Of a stretch of 64,000 nucleotides of DNA, positions 50,438-62,289 are shown piece by piece. This DNA is from Mobula hypostoma (lineage: Eukaryota): assembly GCF_963921235.1 (NCBI RefSeq), contig NC_086097.1, forward strand, positions 53,508,001 to 53,572,000. Reading direction: 5' to 3'. How positions within the stretch are numbered: the first letter of the stretch is position 1; every line of letters starts with the position of its first letter. The notes under the pieces are model-generated. The model saw only the letters and a list, made by a program, of their open reading frames with translations, had not been told where the DNA came from and did not search any database. The position numbers were made by a program, and so were the translations under genes.

Positions 50438-53400
50438 GGTGTACGGGGTGGTTGGGTCCTGACTAAATATCAGGAAAAGCCAATAGCAATTATATAGCTT
50501 CTACCACCCAAGACGGCTCCGCCTTCACGTAGGACGGGTCCGGATGCACCCTGTCTCGCTGAAGGAGCTGTGTCTATGGTGTGTATTTGGCGCCAGAAAA
50601 ATAACCAGACCAATGGTGGTGGAGGTACCTAAAATCACTGAAGTCTCCGGCAGCAGGGAGATGGATTCCAAGTTTTGGTGGAGGATTGTCTTTGTACAAC
50701 AACAGCAAAGGTTGGGCGACGTGTAGTGTACGATTCCCAATCAGGAACACCAGTAGAGGTCAAATGCTCTAGTTACATAAGCACTGCGGCAACAGGAGGC
50801 AACGGCGAACCACTGTTGAAATTTCTGCCTAGTGAATCATGGAAAGAAACAAAAGAAGGAAACCAGACAATAGTCATAGTCATAGTCATACTTTATTGAT
50901 CCCGGGGGAAATTGGTTTTCATTACGGTTGCACCATAAATAATAAATAGTAATAAAACCATAAATAGTTAAATAGTAATATGTAAATTATGCCAGAAAAT
51001 AAGTCCAGGACCAGCCTATTGGCTCAGGGTGTCTGACCCTCCAAGGGAGGAGTTGTAAAGTTTGATGGCCACAGGCAGGAATGACTTCCTATGACGCTCA
51101 GTGCTGCATCTTGGTGGAATGAGTCTCTGGCTGAATGTACTCCTGTGCCCAACCAGTACATTATGTAGTGGGTGGGAGACATTGTCCCAGATGGCATGCA
51201 ACTTGGACAGTATCCTCTTTTCAGACACCACAGTCAGAGAGTCCAGTTCCATCCCCACAACATCACTGGCCTTACGAATGAGTTTGTTGATTCTGTTGGT
51301 GTCTGCTACTCTCAGCCTGAATGTGAATGGGGTTGATCCTAATCAACAGAACAACACCTCGCTTAGTAGGGTAGGTAACACCAGACTGTCATCCAGAGAC
51401 TGTAAGCAATAGGGAAAGGCTAAGGGTAGCAACATGGAATATCCATACACTTTACCAGAAAGGAAAGTTGGACAACACATTAAATGAAATGAAAAGGTTG
51501 GAAATTGATATCTTAGGCCTGTCAGAAATTAGATGGACCAACAGTGGCAAATTCACTCAGAATAGTTCTCTGATAATGTATTCTGGACGTCAACAGCATA
51601 TATATGGAGTTGGAATTATTTTAAACAAACAAGTATCAAAGTGTCTTCTGAGATATTGGGCGATATCCAACCGGCTGCTTTTAGTTAAATTAAGGGGTAA
51701 CCCTTTTAACATTAGCATAATCCAAGCCTATGCACCAACAAATGTTGCAGATGGAGAGGATAGCAACAAGTTTTATGAAGATCTCGACAGTGCTTATAAG
51801 CAATGTAATCTCAGGATATAAAACTTGCCATGGGAGATTTTAACTCCAAAATTGGACAGGAAAGGGTTGATAACATCATAGGACCTTTTGGATTAGGGGA
51901 GAAAAATGAAAATGGAGAAAGGTTTACTGATTGGTGTGTTAGAAGCAACCAAGTGATCACCAATACTTGGTATAAAAACCATCCACGTAGAATGTGTACT
52001 TGGATTAGCCCTGGAGATAGAACAAGGAATCAAATAGATTTCATTACCATCAATGAACGCTTTAGAAATAATATCACAGATTCTAAAACCTACCCAGGAG
52101 CAGACTGTGGTTCAGATCACCATCCAGTAATAGCTACCATTAAAAGAAAATTAAAGAAACTGAGACGTGGAAAAAAGAGAAGGAAGTATATGTTGGGAGA
52201 GCTTTAAAAAATAGCATACTTAAGCAACAATTAAAAACAGCTGTAGAAGAACACCTCAACGAAAATTTAACAACAACTATTTGGGACCGATTTAAATATA
52301 CTATACTGTACAGAAATCAGCAGAGGAGATAACCCCAGTACAAGAATTCCAACACACCAGGAAGGGGTGGATAACCCAAGAAATTCTAGATCTGATGAAA
52401 CAAAGAAGGTTAGTGAAGAATAATGAAGTGCAATACAGAGAGCTAGACAGACAGATCAGACAATTGTGCAATATTGCAAAGGAAGAATGGCTGACTCAAA
52501 AATGCAATGAAGTAAAAGGCCATATTAACAACAGCAAAGAAATGCACAAGAAAATTAAGGAAATTACTGGAATTAAGAAAACCTTCTCTACAGGATACAT
52601 AAGATTAGCAGACGGATCCATACTAACAGATGCAGATAAAGTATCAGAGAGGTGGATTCAGTATTTAGAGCAGCTTTTTGAAGATAATAGAGGGGAACTC
52701 CCAGATATTAAACACCCTAATTCTGGCCCACCTATTACCAAAGAAGAAATAACTAAAGCAATGAAAAGTATGAAACATGGTAAAGCCACTGGACCTGATG
52801 AAATTTCAGTGGAAATGATACAAGCCCTAGAAGATCTGGGCATAGATATTCTTTTTGAACTGTTTAATGGCATATATGAGTCTGGTGTATTGCCTGATGA
52901 TCTCCTGAAATCAGTATTTATTACTCTGCCAAAAATTCCTGGGACTATTGACTGCAAAAATTATAGAACAATCAGTCTTATGAGTCACAATATAAAGATT
53001 TTGTTGAAAATTGTTCTGAGTCAAACTAAAAACAAGTTAAAGCCAGAAACTTCTAAACTGCAATTTGGGTTTACTGAGGATAGAGGTACTAGGAACACAA
53101 TTTTCACACTATGAATGCTTTCAGAAAAGGGCAATTGAATATCAAAATGATGTATTTTTATGTTTTATTTATTTCACTAAAGCATTCGACAAAGTGCAAC
53201 ATGACAAATTATTTCAAATTCTTGCTAAACTAAACATTGACGGAAGGGACCAACAACTGCTTCAAAATTTATATTGGAACCAAACGGCGGCGGTAAAAAT
53301 TGATGATAATATAAGCAGTTGGACTAAAATTCAAAGAGGAGTTAGACAGGGATGTGTTGCCTCACCGGAATTATTTAATATCTATAGTGAAATGATTCTC

Positions 53401-54249
53401 AGAGAAACAGAAGACCTAGATGGAATAAAAATTGGAGGTGTTAATATCAACAATATAAGATATGCAGATGATACCACCCTAATAACAAGTGCTGCAGAAG
53501 ACCTACAAATCCTCCTAGACAAAGTAGTACAGTCAAGTGCAGATTTTGGTCTAACCATCAACTGTTATAAAAAACAAATGTATGGTAATATCAAAACAGC
53601 AGGGTACTCCCAACTGCCAATTGTGCATCGGCAACCAAGAGATTGAACAAAAGACCAGCTTTAATTACCTTGGTAGCTTTATATCACAAGATGCTAGAAG
53701 TAAAGTAGAAATAAAAAGAAGATTTCCATTGCCAAAACCAACTTCCAAAAAATGAAACCCATTTTTACCAACAGACACATTTCTATGACAACAAGGCTGA
53801 GGCTACTAAAATGTTACATCTGGTCAATCTTGCTGTATGCTTCCGAAACATGGACTGTAACACCAGAACTCCAAAGAAACTTAGAAGCAACAGAAATGTG
53901 GTTTCTTAAAACAATGCTGAAAATATCATATAGAGATGGGGTAATTAATGAGAGAGTACTCCAACGTGCCCATACAAAAAGATCTTTAATGAGAAGATTA
54001 AATGAGATGAAACTTAAATTCCTGGGCCATGTCATAAGAAAGGGAGAAATAGAATGCCTTACATTACAAGGCCGTATGTCTGGGAAACGCAGAAGAGTAA
54101 GGCAAAGAAGAAAATATATGGGCACTGTGAAAGAACTAACAGATCTCGCAAATGATATGTACGAGATATCATTGACACTGCGTGGGATCGTTCGATGTGG
54201 AAAGCCATGATTGCCAAGCGTGTAACGCGTAAGGCACATGAAGAGAGAG
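50438..54249 (+). mobile_element. Full-length RTE-clade LINE (5' UTR, single APE+RT ORF, disabled)
   Basis: TSD aagctgca(t/c)tggg at 50425-50437 and 54250-54262; VATWNI, ILGLSEIRW, QAYAPT, GDFNSKIG, RNQIDFI, SDH, NYRTISLMSH, GVRQGC, YADD, LLYASETW; gaagagagag tail. Confidence 0.95.
50870..51318 (-). mobile_element. Rex1-type 3' fragment inserted in the RTE 5' region
   Basis: SHPLH...RLIPPRC.TERHRKSFLPVAIKLYN; AATAAA and (atgact)n tail. Confidence 0.9.
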
Positions 54250-54374
54250 AAGCTGCACTGGGCAGTTTTGAGTACCCATTGTAGAGCCCTCCTGTCTGCC
54301 ACAGTGTATTCTTTGTACCATCCAGTGATGCAGCATGTTAGGATGCTCTCTATTGTGTGTCTGTAGAAGGTCAT

Positions 54375-55203
54375 GAGAATTAATGATTTGGATGATAATG
54401 TGGTAAACTGCATCAGCTATTTTGATTTTGGCATCAAGACTGGGGGTGTAATGGACAGTGAGAAAGACTATCATCATCTCATTGCTATTGAATGCTGTGT
54501 TTCTGTCAGCTTTGCAATACAACATGCATTTCATTGTGCCAACCCATCAGCTATTTTCAATAGCCTGTTCACATCCAAGACCATTATAGCAAGGATGTGA
54601 TGCTGAGGCTTTATAAGGCTCTGGTGAGGCCTCACTTTGAGTATTGTGAACAGTTTTGGGCTCCTCATCTTAGAAAAGATGTGCTGGCATTGGAAAGGGT
54701 CCAGAGGCAGTTCACAAGGATGATTACAGGAATGAAAGGGTTATTATATAAGGAATGTTTGATGGCTCTGGGTCTTAGAAGGACTGAATTTAGAAGGATG
54801 AGAGGGGATTTCATTGAAACCTTTCGAATGTTGAAAGGCCTAGACAGAGTAGATGTGGAAAGAATGTTTCCCATGGTGGGGGAATTTAGGGCAAGAGGGC
54901 ACAACCTCTGGATAGGGGAACGTCCATCGAAAACAGAGATGTGGAGAAGTTTCTTTAGCCAGAGGGTGGTGAATTTGTGGAATTTGTTACCACAGGCAGT
55001 TGTGGAGGTCAGGTCATTGAATGTATTTAAGGCAGAGATTGATAGGTTCTTGATTGGACATGGCATCAAAGGTTACGGGGAGAAGGCTGGGAACTGGGTT
55101 TGAGGAAGAGAAGAAAAAAAGGATCAGCCTTGACTGAACGGCAGAGCAGACTTGATGGGCCAAATTGCCTAATTCTGCTCCTAGGCCTTTTCGTCTTATG
55201 GAC
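54375..55203 (+). mobile_element. CR1 3' fragment
   Basis: ORF 54597-55103 LYKALVRPHFEYC.QFWAP...FFSQRVVNLWN. Confidence 0.9.
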
Positions 55204-55424
55204 TTAAATTCATGTGATTTTGTCCTCCAACGAGTCCTACTTGCATTATTAGATTTGGAACAATCACCAATTAGGTGGCGGTAAGCAGTTAAAGCCAGGA
55301 TCTCTTGGTGGCAACCCATTTCAATTTGACCTCCCATTCCCATACCGATATGTCTAACCATAGTCTCATTTACTGCCACAGTGAGCCTAAACTCGGGTTG
55401 GAGGATTAACACCCCAACCCCTAA

Positions 55425-56120
55425 TGGCAGCGCCTCTACTTCCTTACGAGTTGGCGAAGATTCAGCATGACATCTAATACTTTGACAAACTCCTGTAGAT
55501 TTGTGGTGGAGAGTATATTGACTGGCTGCTTTACAACCTGGTTTGGAAACACCAATGCCCATGAACATAAAATCCTACAAAAAGTAGCGGTCCACCCCAG
55601 TCCATCACAGGTAAAGCCCTCCCCTCCATTGAGTACATCTATACCGAACGCCATCGCAGGAGAGCAACATCCAATATCAAGGATCCCCACCACACAGGTC
55701 ATGCTCTCTTCTCACAGCTGCCATTAGGAAGAAGGTACAGGAGCCTCAGGACTCACACTATCAGGTTCAGCAACAATTACTGCCCCTCAGCCATCGGGCG
55801 CTTGAACAAAAGGGGATAACTTCACTCAATTTCACGTGCCTCATCATTGAAATGTTCCCACAACCTATGGACACACTTTCAAGGACACGTCATCTCATAT
55901 TTTTGATATTTATTGCTTATTTATTTATTATTACTTCTTTTTGTATTTGCGCAGTTTGTTGTCTCTTGCACACTGGTTGAGCACCGTAGTTGGCTGTTCT
56001 TTCTGTTATGGTTTTTGTTCTATAGATTTATTGAGTATCCCCACAAGAAAATGCATCTCAGGGTTTTATATGGTGACATATATGTACTTTGATAATAAAT
56101 TTACTTTGTACTTTGAACAT
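55425..56120 (+). mobile_element. Rex1 3' fragment
   Basis: VVESILTGC.T.WFGN; AATAAA and (actttg) tail. Confidence 0.85.
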
Positions 56121-56696
56121 TAAGCAGAATGAGGTTAGCGCTGGCTTGTGACCCTAAGATAAAAGATCAGCCATGATCTTATTGAATGAACAGGCGTGAG
56201 GGTCCTAAGGCCTAGATCTTCTATTACTTATACAGAAAGAGCCTGATGCGCTCATGGTGTGGTATAAGTGAACTTTAACCCTTCAATCTATCTTTAACTG
56301 CAGCAACCTCTCATGATATTGTTCATGGGTAGTAGTGGGTGAAACCATTAAAATGGGAGGCAATATGATGTTGATGCTTTACTGATTGGACACAAATGAA
56401 AAACACATGGCATTTGGGGTTAAGAAACTCAATTTGTTATGTGCTCCCATCAGAGAATATCTGCTTTGATCTTGGAATTTTGGAAAGTAAGTTTGACCAC
56501 AACTAATGCAGTATTATTGTCCTCAGAGTTCTTTCTGTGTTATGGAAGAAAAAAAAATCAATTGTTTTTTCCACTTCTAATGACTGTTTTGGGAAGATGC
56601 CCATGTGGTAAATTGCCTGGTGTGGATAATGTTGGGCTTGACTGATATTTGCAGTGAGTAGGGTTTCCAAACCAAACCGTAGAACACCATTTAGGA

Positions 56697-56768
56697 CAGG
56701 TGTTCCCAACCTTTTTTATGCCCTGGACCCCTATTGTTAACCGAGGGGTTCGTGGACCCCAGGTTGGG
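56697..56768. mobile_element. Tiny hAT (Charlie-like) MITE with clipped right TIR
   Basis: caggtgttcccaacc ... ggttggg flanked by an 8-bp direct repeat ATTTAGGA (56689-56696, 56769-56776). Confidence 0.8.
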
Positions 56769-57637
56769 ATTTAGGAGAATGGCACAGAGAACACTGCTTT
56801 AAAATTTGTATTATTCTGTGCTACAGCACATTTTCTAATCTGCTGGAGAAATTCTTAAGTTATGCACTGGAGAAAATAAAACAAATTTCATTGAAAAACT
56901 GTATTCCTGAAAACCTGCCTATGCTAATGTAAATATTATTCTCTAGATAAATAAAGGAACAAGTATGAAGTGCGTTCTTGGCGGAAGGAATAATTATGTC
57001 ATTATTCCAGACATTCTGACTAGTCCTTAGAGTACTGAAAAAAGAGGAACATGATACCAACTACCTAACCATGTGGGATTATAGAAATCTGTGTAACACT
57101 ACCAACATACCATATATACCATTTGTTTACATGAAAGAACTATTACATTTCTTTTCCAATGAAGAAAATAATGGCTTTTCATAGACCTTTGCTTTATGTC
57201 AACTAAGATTAAAGAGCTAAAGTTTCAACAATAAAAATGTGAACACAGCATGACCAAAGTTGAACCCAGCTTACATATTGGACAAATGTCTTCCACATCA
57301 TAATTCTTAAACGTTATTGAATTACAAATGAATGCAAAACATGGGAAATGGAGGAAGTTATCAATGGTGCAGTCCAAATCAAATAAAAAAAATGATATGA
57401 AACATATGAAGCATGGAGGAGGAAAGGAACGTTAATAATTATATCGAGATAAGTCATATAGTGATAAATCTTTCTGTTGCAACCATTGGCATTGAGACAT
57501 TGAAAGTGCAGAAGGCTCCAGACTTAGGCACAAGTATCATCAAGTGTAGAATGGGTATGTGTTATGGTGTCACATGATGACCAACTGCAGGCCTTGTTGA
57601 GCATGATCTAGATTGCCATCTCATCACATGCTCATAC

Positions 57638-57774
57638 CCAGTTTTGAAGAAGAGTCTCGACCCAAAACCTTGACTGTTTACTCTTTTCCATAGATGCTGC
57701 CTGACCTGCTGAGTTCCTCCAGCATTTTGTATGTGTTCCTTTGGATTTCCAACATCTGCAGACTTTCTCCTGCT
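57638..57774 (+). mobile_element. Penelope terminal fragment with degenerate hammerhead
   Basis: cagtt-ttgaaga-agagtctcgaccc-aaaa-cctt-gactg...gatgctgcctgacctgctgagttcctccagc. Confidence 0.8.
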
Positions 57775-59601
57775 TGAAAGATAGATGGTTTTAAAAATAA
57801 AAGGTGTAAACCATGATGGTATAATACCATCACTGGTAATGAACAACGCATTTACAAAAGTACATTATATAAAATCTTTAAAGCAGTACATATAAGGAGT
57901 TACCCATATTAGAAAGTAAGTGTGTAACATCCAAATAGGTAATCGAAAAATCACATTTGATGACTCATCTTTCTGTTGGATTGTTAGCAAACCAATTATT
58001 TGTGACAGATACATCCCACCCTCCCTCAAGATGAAACGAGAAACCTGCATACCAATATGCAATGTTAGTGATCAGGACCAGGAAAAGCAGAAGGACAAGA
58101 ATAAAATTATCAGGGCAGTCCCTGCTCTTCACTCTTTCAGGGTTAGGGACAAACCAGAAGAATAGGCAAAAAGGTGAGTATGAGGCAAGTGATAGCATGA
58201 GAGACAGCCCACAGAAGTGCAGGTTTAGTATGGGAGTTAACCAAGTCTTAGGAGTGAAGCCTTTGTACAAAGAACAGAAGTCACCAAACTTCCATCTTCG
58301 CAGGCTTCAACACCTCAACAAGTACAGTAAGGGATTGCCCATTGGAAAACTGCAAAAAAAAAATTCAACCCAATTTAAAGCGGTGCTAATCCACCTGGAA
58401 ACTGTATTGGTTGCTATGGAAGCTAAATGTGTAACAGCTGGAAATATCTTTGTTATAGCTTCAGCTAGAATATGAAGTCAATCAGAGGTTTGATTATGAG
58501 TTGGCAAAGGAATCTTGTAAAAGGAGGTACCTCACTCATCTGATTATGTCAGTTCAATTACTCTCATAATACTGTATATAGAGAAATATTCTTTTAATTT
58601 GACTGAGTTCCTTCTAGCAATTGCTGACAAATATCTAGAGCACTCTTAGTTGCATGTAGCACAAATTGCTCCTTAAAATTAGACTTGCATTTCTGTCTAG
58701 AGATACACAACATAGGTTAAATCATCAAATTACTCTGAGTCATTTCCTTTATTAACCCTAAATAGCGAGTGATCCTTGAGAGCAATATTTCTGAACAACT
58801 TTTGTCGTCAGAAATTTCTACCTTCCAAGTGAACTGAAGGATCCCATCCGCGCGTTATGACAGTGGCACTGTCAAGGCATGGCTGCACAGAAAGTTTTAC
58901 TCCCAACATTTTTATTAAAGCATGAAAAGCCAAATTGTTTTTTCCTCTCTCTTCCTGTTTATGATAACATCATGTGATTGAATACACAGCAATAATTGAA
59001 GGCTTATCTGTGTATATAATATCATCTATTTGGGAAGCAATGTTATTGGTGTAACCCCAAAATTTGTCACTGACAATAAAATTTGTCATAGAATTGTTTT
59101 CCTGTTTAGTCAAAGTCTATCTGAAATATAAGTGAATTTGTGAGGATACTAATAAGTCTGAACTAATTTTCATGGTAAGGTATTATTCACACCACAGCAT
59201 GAACTATTCATGACTGCTTGATTAAAGGCAAATAGGAAATCTGGATAGATACTGTATAATAGTCTATGAGACTAAAATCTCTAAAAAGCTTCTTGGACTT
59301 TTCAGTTTCAGTTGACCAGGAAGGAAACATTTCTGTTATACCTCACATTCTGCTTCAGTGCATCTTTCCAAATTATATTCCCATGCAACAGCCTGGGTCT
59401 AGGGCTTTGCTGGACCATTCAGAAATGCAGAAAATTGTCATGTTACCTTGACATTTAATAATGGAGTGGAATAATGACCATAATGGAAGAAGGGAAACAT
59501 GTAAAACTTTTGTAGTAAATATGCTCATTTACTTGTTGACCGTAAGGGGAAAGTGCGATAAAATATCTGTCCACTGAATAAGTTCTTCATTAAAAAAATT
59601 C

Positions 59602-60195
59602 TCAGAATCAGAATCAGGTTAAATATCATCAGCATATGTTGTGAAATTTGTTGTCTTTGTGGCAGCAGTACATTGCAATGCATGATAATAGAGAAAAAAC
59701 TGTGAATTACAGTAAGTGTATATGTATATTAATAGTTAAATTATATAAGTAATGCAAAAAGAATAAACAAGTAGTGAGGTAGTGTTCATGGGTTCAATGT
59801 CCATTCAGAAACAATATGGCAGAGGGGAAGAAGCTGTTCCTGAATTGTTGAGTGTGTGCCCTCAGGCCCCTGTACCTCCTCCCTGATGGTAGCAGTGAAA
59901 AGAGGACATGTCCTCGATGACTGAGGTTGGGGGGGGGCGTCCCTAATGATGGATGCCACCTTTCTGAGGCATCATTCCTTGAAGATGTCCTGGGTACTAC
60001 AGAAGTTAGTGCCCGTGATGGATCAGACGGAGTTTACAAGTCTCTGCAGCTTATTTTGATCCTGTGTAATAGCACCCCCCACCACTCCTCATACCAGATG
60101 GTGATGAAGCCAGTTAGAATGCTCACCATGGTACATCTATAGAAACCTGCGAGTGTCTTTGGTGACATACCAAATCTCCTCAAATTCCTAATGAA
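59602..60195 (-). mobile_element. Rex1 3' fragment inserted in ERV env
   Basis: (gattct)n tail; RRFGMSPKTL..FYRCT..S.LTG.IT.WY. Confidence 0.85.
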
Positions 60196-60310
60196 AAAAA
60201 AAATATATCATATGTTTTACAATGCTCTAGTCTAACAACTTCAATGTCATGTTCCCATGTGTGGGATAATTCAATGACACAACAGTGGCTATACTTTTCT
60301 TCAAGTGTAG

Positions 60311-61830
60311 AGGGATTCTGTACTCCCTCTTCTGTACTCCCTTTTCACCTATGACTGCTTTCCTGTACATTAAATTAGATTAGATTAGATTATGAGGACA
60401 TGCAGTCCTCTTTTATTGTCATTTAATAATGCATGCATTAAGAAATGATACAATGTTTCTCCAGAATAATATCACAGAAACACATGACAAACCGACTGAA
60501 AAACTGACAAAAACCACATAATTATAACATATAGTTACAACAGTGCAAAGCAATACTGTAATTTGATAAAGAACAGACCATGGGCACGGTAAAAAGTCTC
60601 ATAAAAGTCTCTCGAACGTCCCATCATCTCACGTATACGGTGAACCTCCAGCGCCGCAAACTTGCCGATGCAGCATCCTGGAAGCATCTGACCACAGTCC
60701 GACTCCGAATCCGTCCGAAAACTCCGAGCCTCCGACCAGCTCTCCGACACTGAGCACCCAGCACCATCTCTGCCGAGCGCTTCGACCCCGGCCCCAGCAA
60801 CAGGCAAAGCCGAGGATTTGGGGCCTTCCCCTCCGGAGATTCTCGATCGCACAGTAGCAGCGGCAGTGAAGTGGGCATTTCAGAAGTTTCTCCAGGTGCT
60901 CCTCCATGCTTCTCACGGCTGTCTCCATCAAATCAGGGTTGTGTACGGCAACCTAGTTAACACATACGATATCATTCAGTACGGCTGCGCGCGCTGCGTT
61001 GTGCCGCCATCTTCTCCTCCCTCCTCCTACATGGTTCTAACTCCATAATCAAGTTAGCAGGTGACACCACGGTGGTTGGCCTGATCAGAGGGGATGACGA
61101 GACGGTCTACAGGGACAAGATTCAGCACCTGGCTGTGTGGTGTGCCGACAACAATCTGGCCCTTAACACCCAGAAGACCAAGGAGATCATTGTGGACTTC
61201 AGGCATGCTAGGAGCCACACTCACGTCCCCATCTACATCAACGGAGCTGTAGTGGAGCATGTATCAAGCTTCAAATTCCTTGGTGTCCACATTTCCGACG
61301 AACTCACCTGGTCCCTGAACTCCTCCATCCTGATTATAAAAGCGCAACAGCACCTTTATTTCCTGCGGAGCATCAAGAAAACTCACCTCTGTCCCAGGAT
61401 ACTGACGGACTTTTACCGCTGTACCACTGAGAGCATACTCACCAACTGCATCTACCATAAACGCTGCCTGGGCAGGGCAAAAAGCATTATCAGGGAGGCA
61501 TCTCACCCTAACCATGGACTTTTTACTCTCCTCCCATCCGTTAGGTGCTACAGGAGCCTCTGCTCCCACACCAGCAGGCACAGGAAGAGCTTCTTCCCTG
61601 AGGCTGTGACCCTGCTGAACCTCACATCACAGCGCTAAGCAGTATTGCACCCATATTGTACTGTCTCAGTACTTTTATATTTGTGTGCTGTAGCACTTGC
61701 TTTTTATTTGCAGTTATTTTGTAAATAACACTATTCTTTGCATTTCTGGTTAGATACTAACTGCATTTCATTGGCTTTGTATCTGTACTCGGCACAATGA
61801 CAATAAAGTTGAATCTAATCTAATCTAATC
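60311..61830 (+). mobile_element. Rex1/Babar LINE, 5'-truncated, inserted in ERV env; itself interrupted at 60371-61027
   Basis: QG..YS.LLYSLFTYDC | SNSIIK.AGDTTVVGLI, WCADNNLALNTQKTKE; AATAAA and (aatct)n tail. Confidence 0.9.
60371..61027 (-). mobile_element. Non-autonomous non-coding retroelement with CpG-rich 5' part and (TCTAA)n tail
   Basis: TSD tacat (60366-60370, 61028-61032); begins ggaggagggaggagAAGATGGCGGC; tail matches the host Rex1 tail. Confidence 0.8.
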
Positions 61831-62289
61831 CATGTCAAGGGATGTCTCTATTCGTTTACCTTCAAAATCTGAGCTGGAATCTCAGTTTTGTTGGGGTGTT
61901 ATTAATCATTTCTGCAAGTGATTCTTTGCCCTCCTGCATACCTGTGTTCATTTCATCTGCATTGCCATCGACTTTGTTTGCAACAAAACAAATTGTAAGA
62001 AAGGCAGCACTGAACAATATTATTATAAGCACAAAATTAAAAGTAAAATTTCTTACTCTGAAAACAACAACGCATTTTGGATGTATTATCCCTGGACCAT
62101 GCATCTATGAGATCAAGTAAACAGGAATTTATACATTTATTTTTAGATGTAAACCAGTGTTTTATCTTTTGAGTACATCTCATCCCCCCTGCCGACTGGG
62201 GTGTAGGGATTCCATGGTGGACCCACGTACTGGTCTAATATAAAAGTTCCATTCATTCTGGGGGAAATAAATCCTGCTGGGGCAGGTCT

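Larger units (their letters stand above)
49982..54400 (-). mobile_element. Rex1 3' fragment split by the RTE insertion (pieces 49982-50437 and 54250-54400)
   Basis: FYRHTIESILTCCITGWY..DRRALQ.V.KTAQC continues across the 13-bp TSD. Confidence 0.75.
57965..62260 (-). pseudogene. env: env of foamy-like endogenous retrovirus (pieces 62260-61831, 60310-60200, 59600-57965)
   Basis: Directly follows IN. Internal hydrophobic FNFVLIIILFSAAFLTICFVA (62041-61979); RF*R furin-like site about 40 aa later (61870-61859); SU-like FPSWST...KLFRDFSLID (59330); RKR/R-GKNNLAFHALIKMLG (58956); HNQTSD*LHILAEAITKIFPA (58498); hydrophobic FILVLLLFLVLITNIAYW (58105). Confidence 0.7.

Noticed and set aside
53814..54413. 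199-aa minus-strand ORF and similar long antisense ORFs in the track
   Set aside because: Chimeric or antisense read-through of RTE, Rex1, CR1 or Gypsy sequence.
56780..57640. Possible ERV accessory genes or 3' LTR
   Set aside because: No ORF, motif or paired repeat within the window to support a call.
58141..58173. 33-nt plus-strand exon-like segment with strong splice sites
   Set aside because: Lies antisense within the ERV region; no linked exons.
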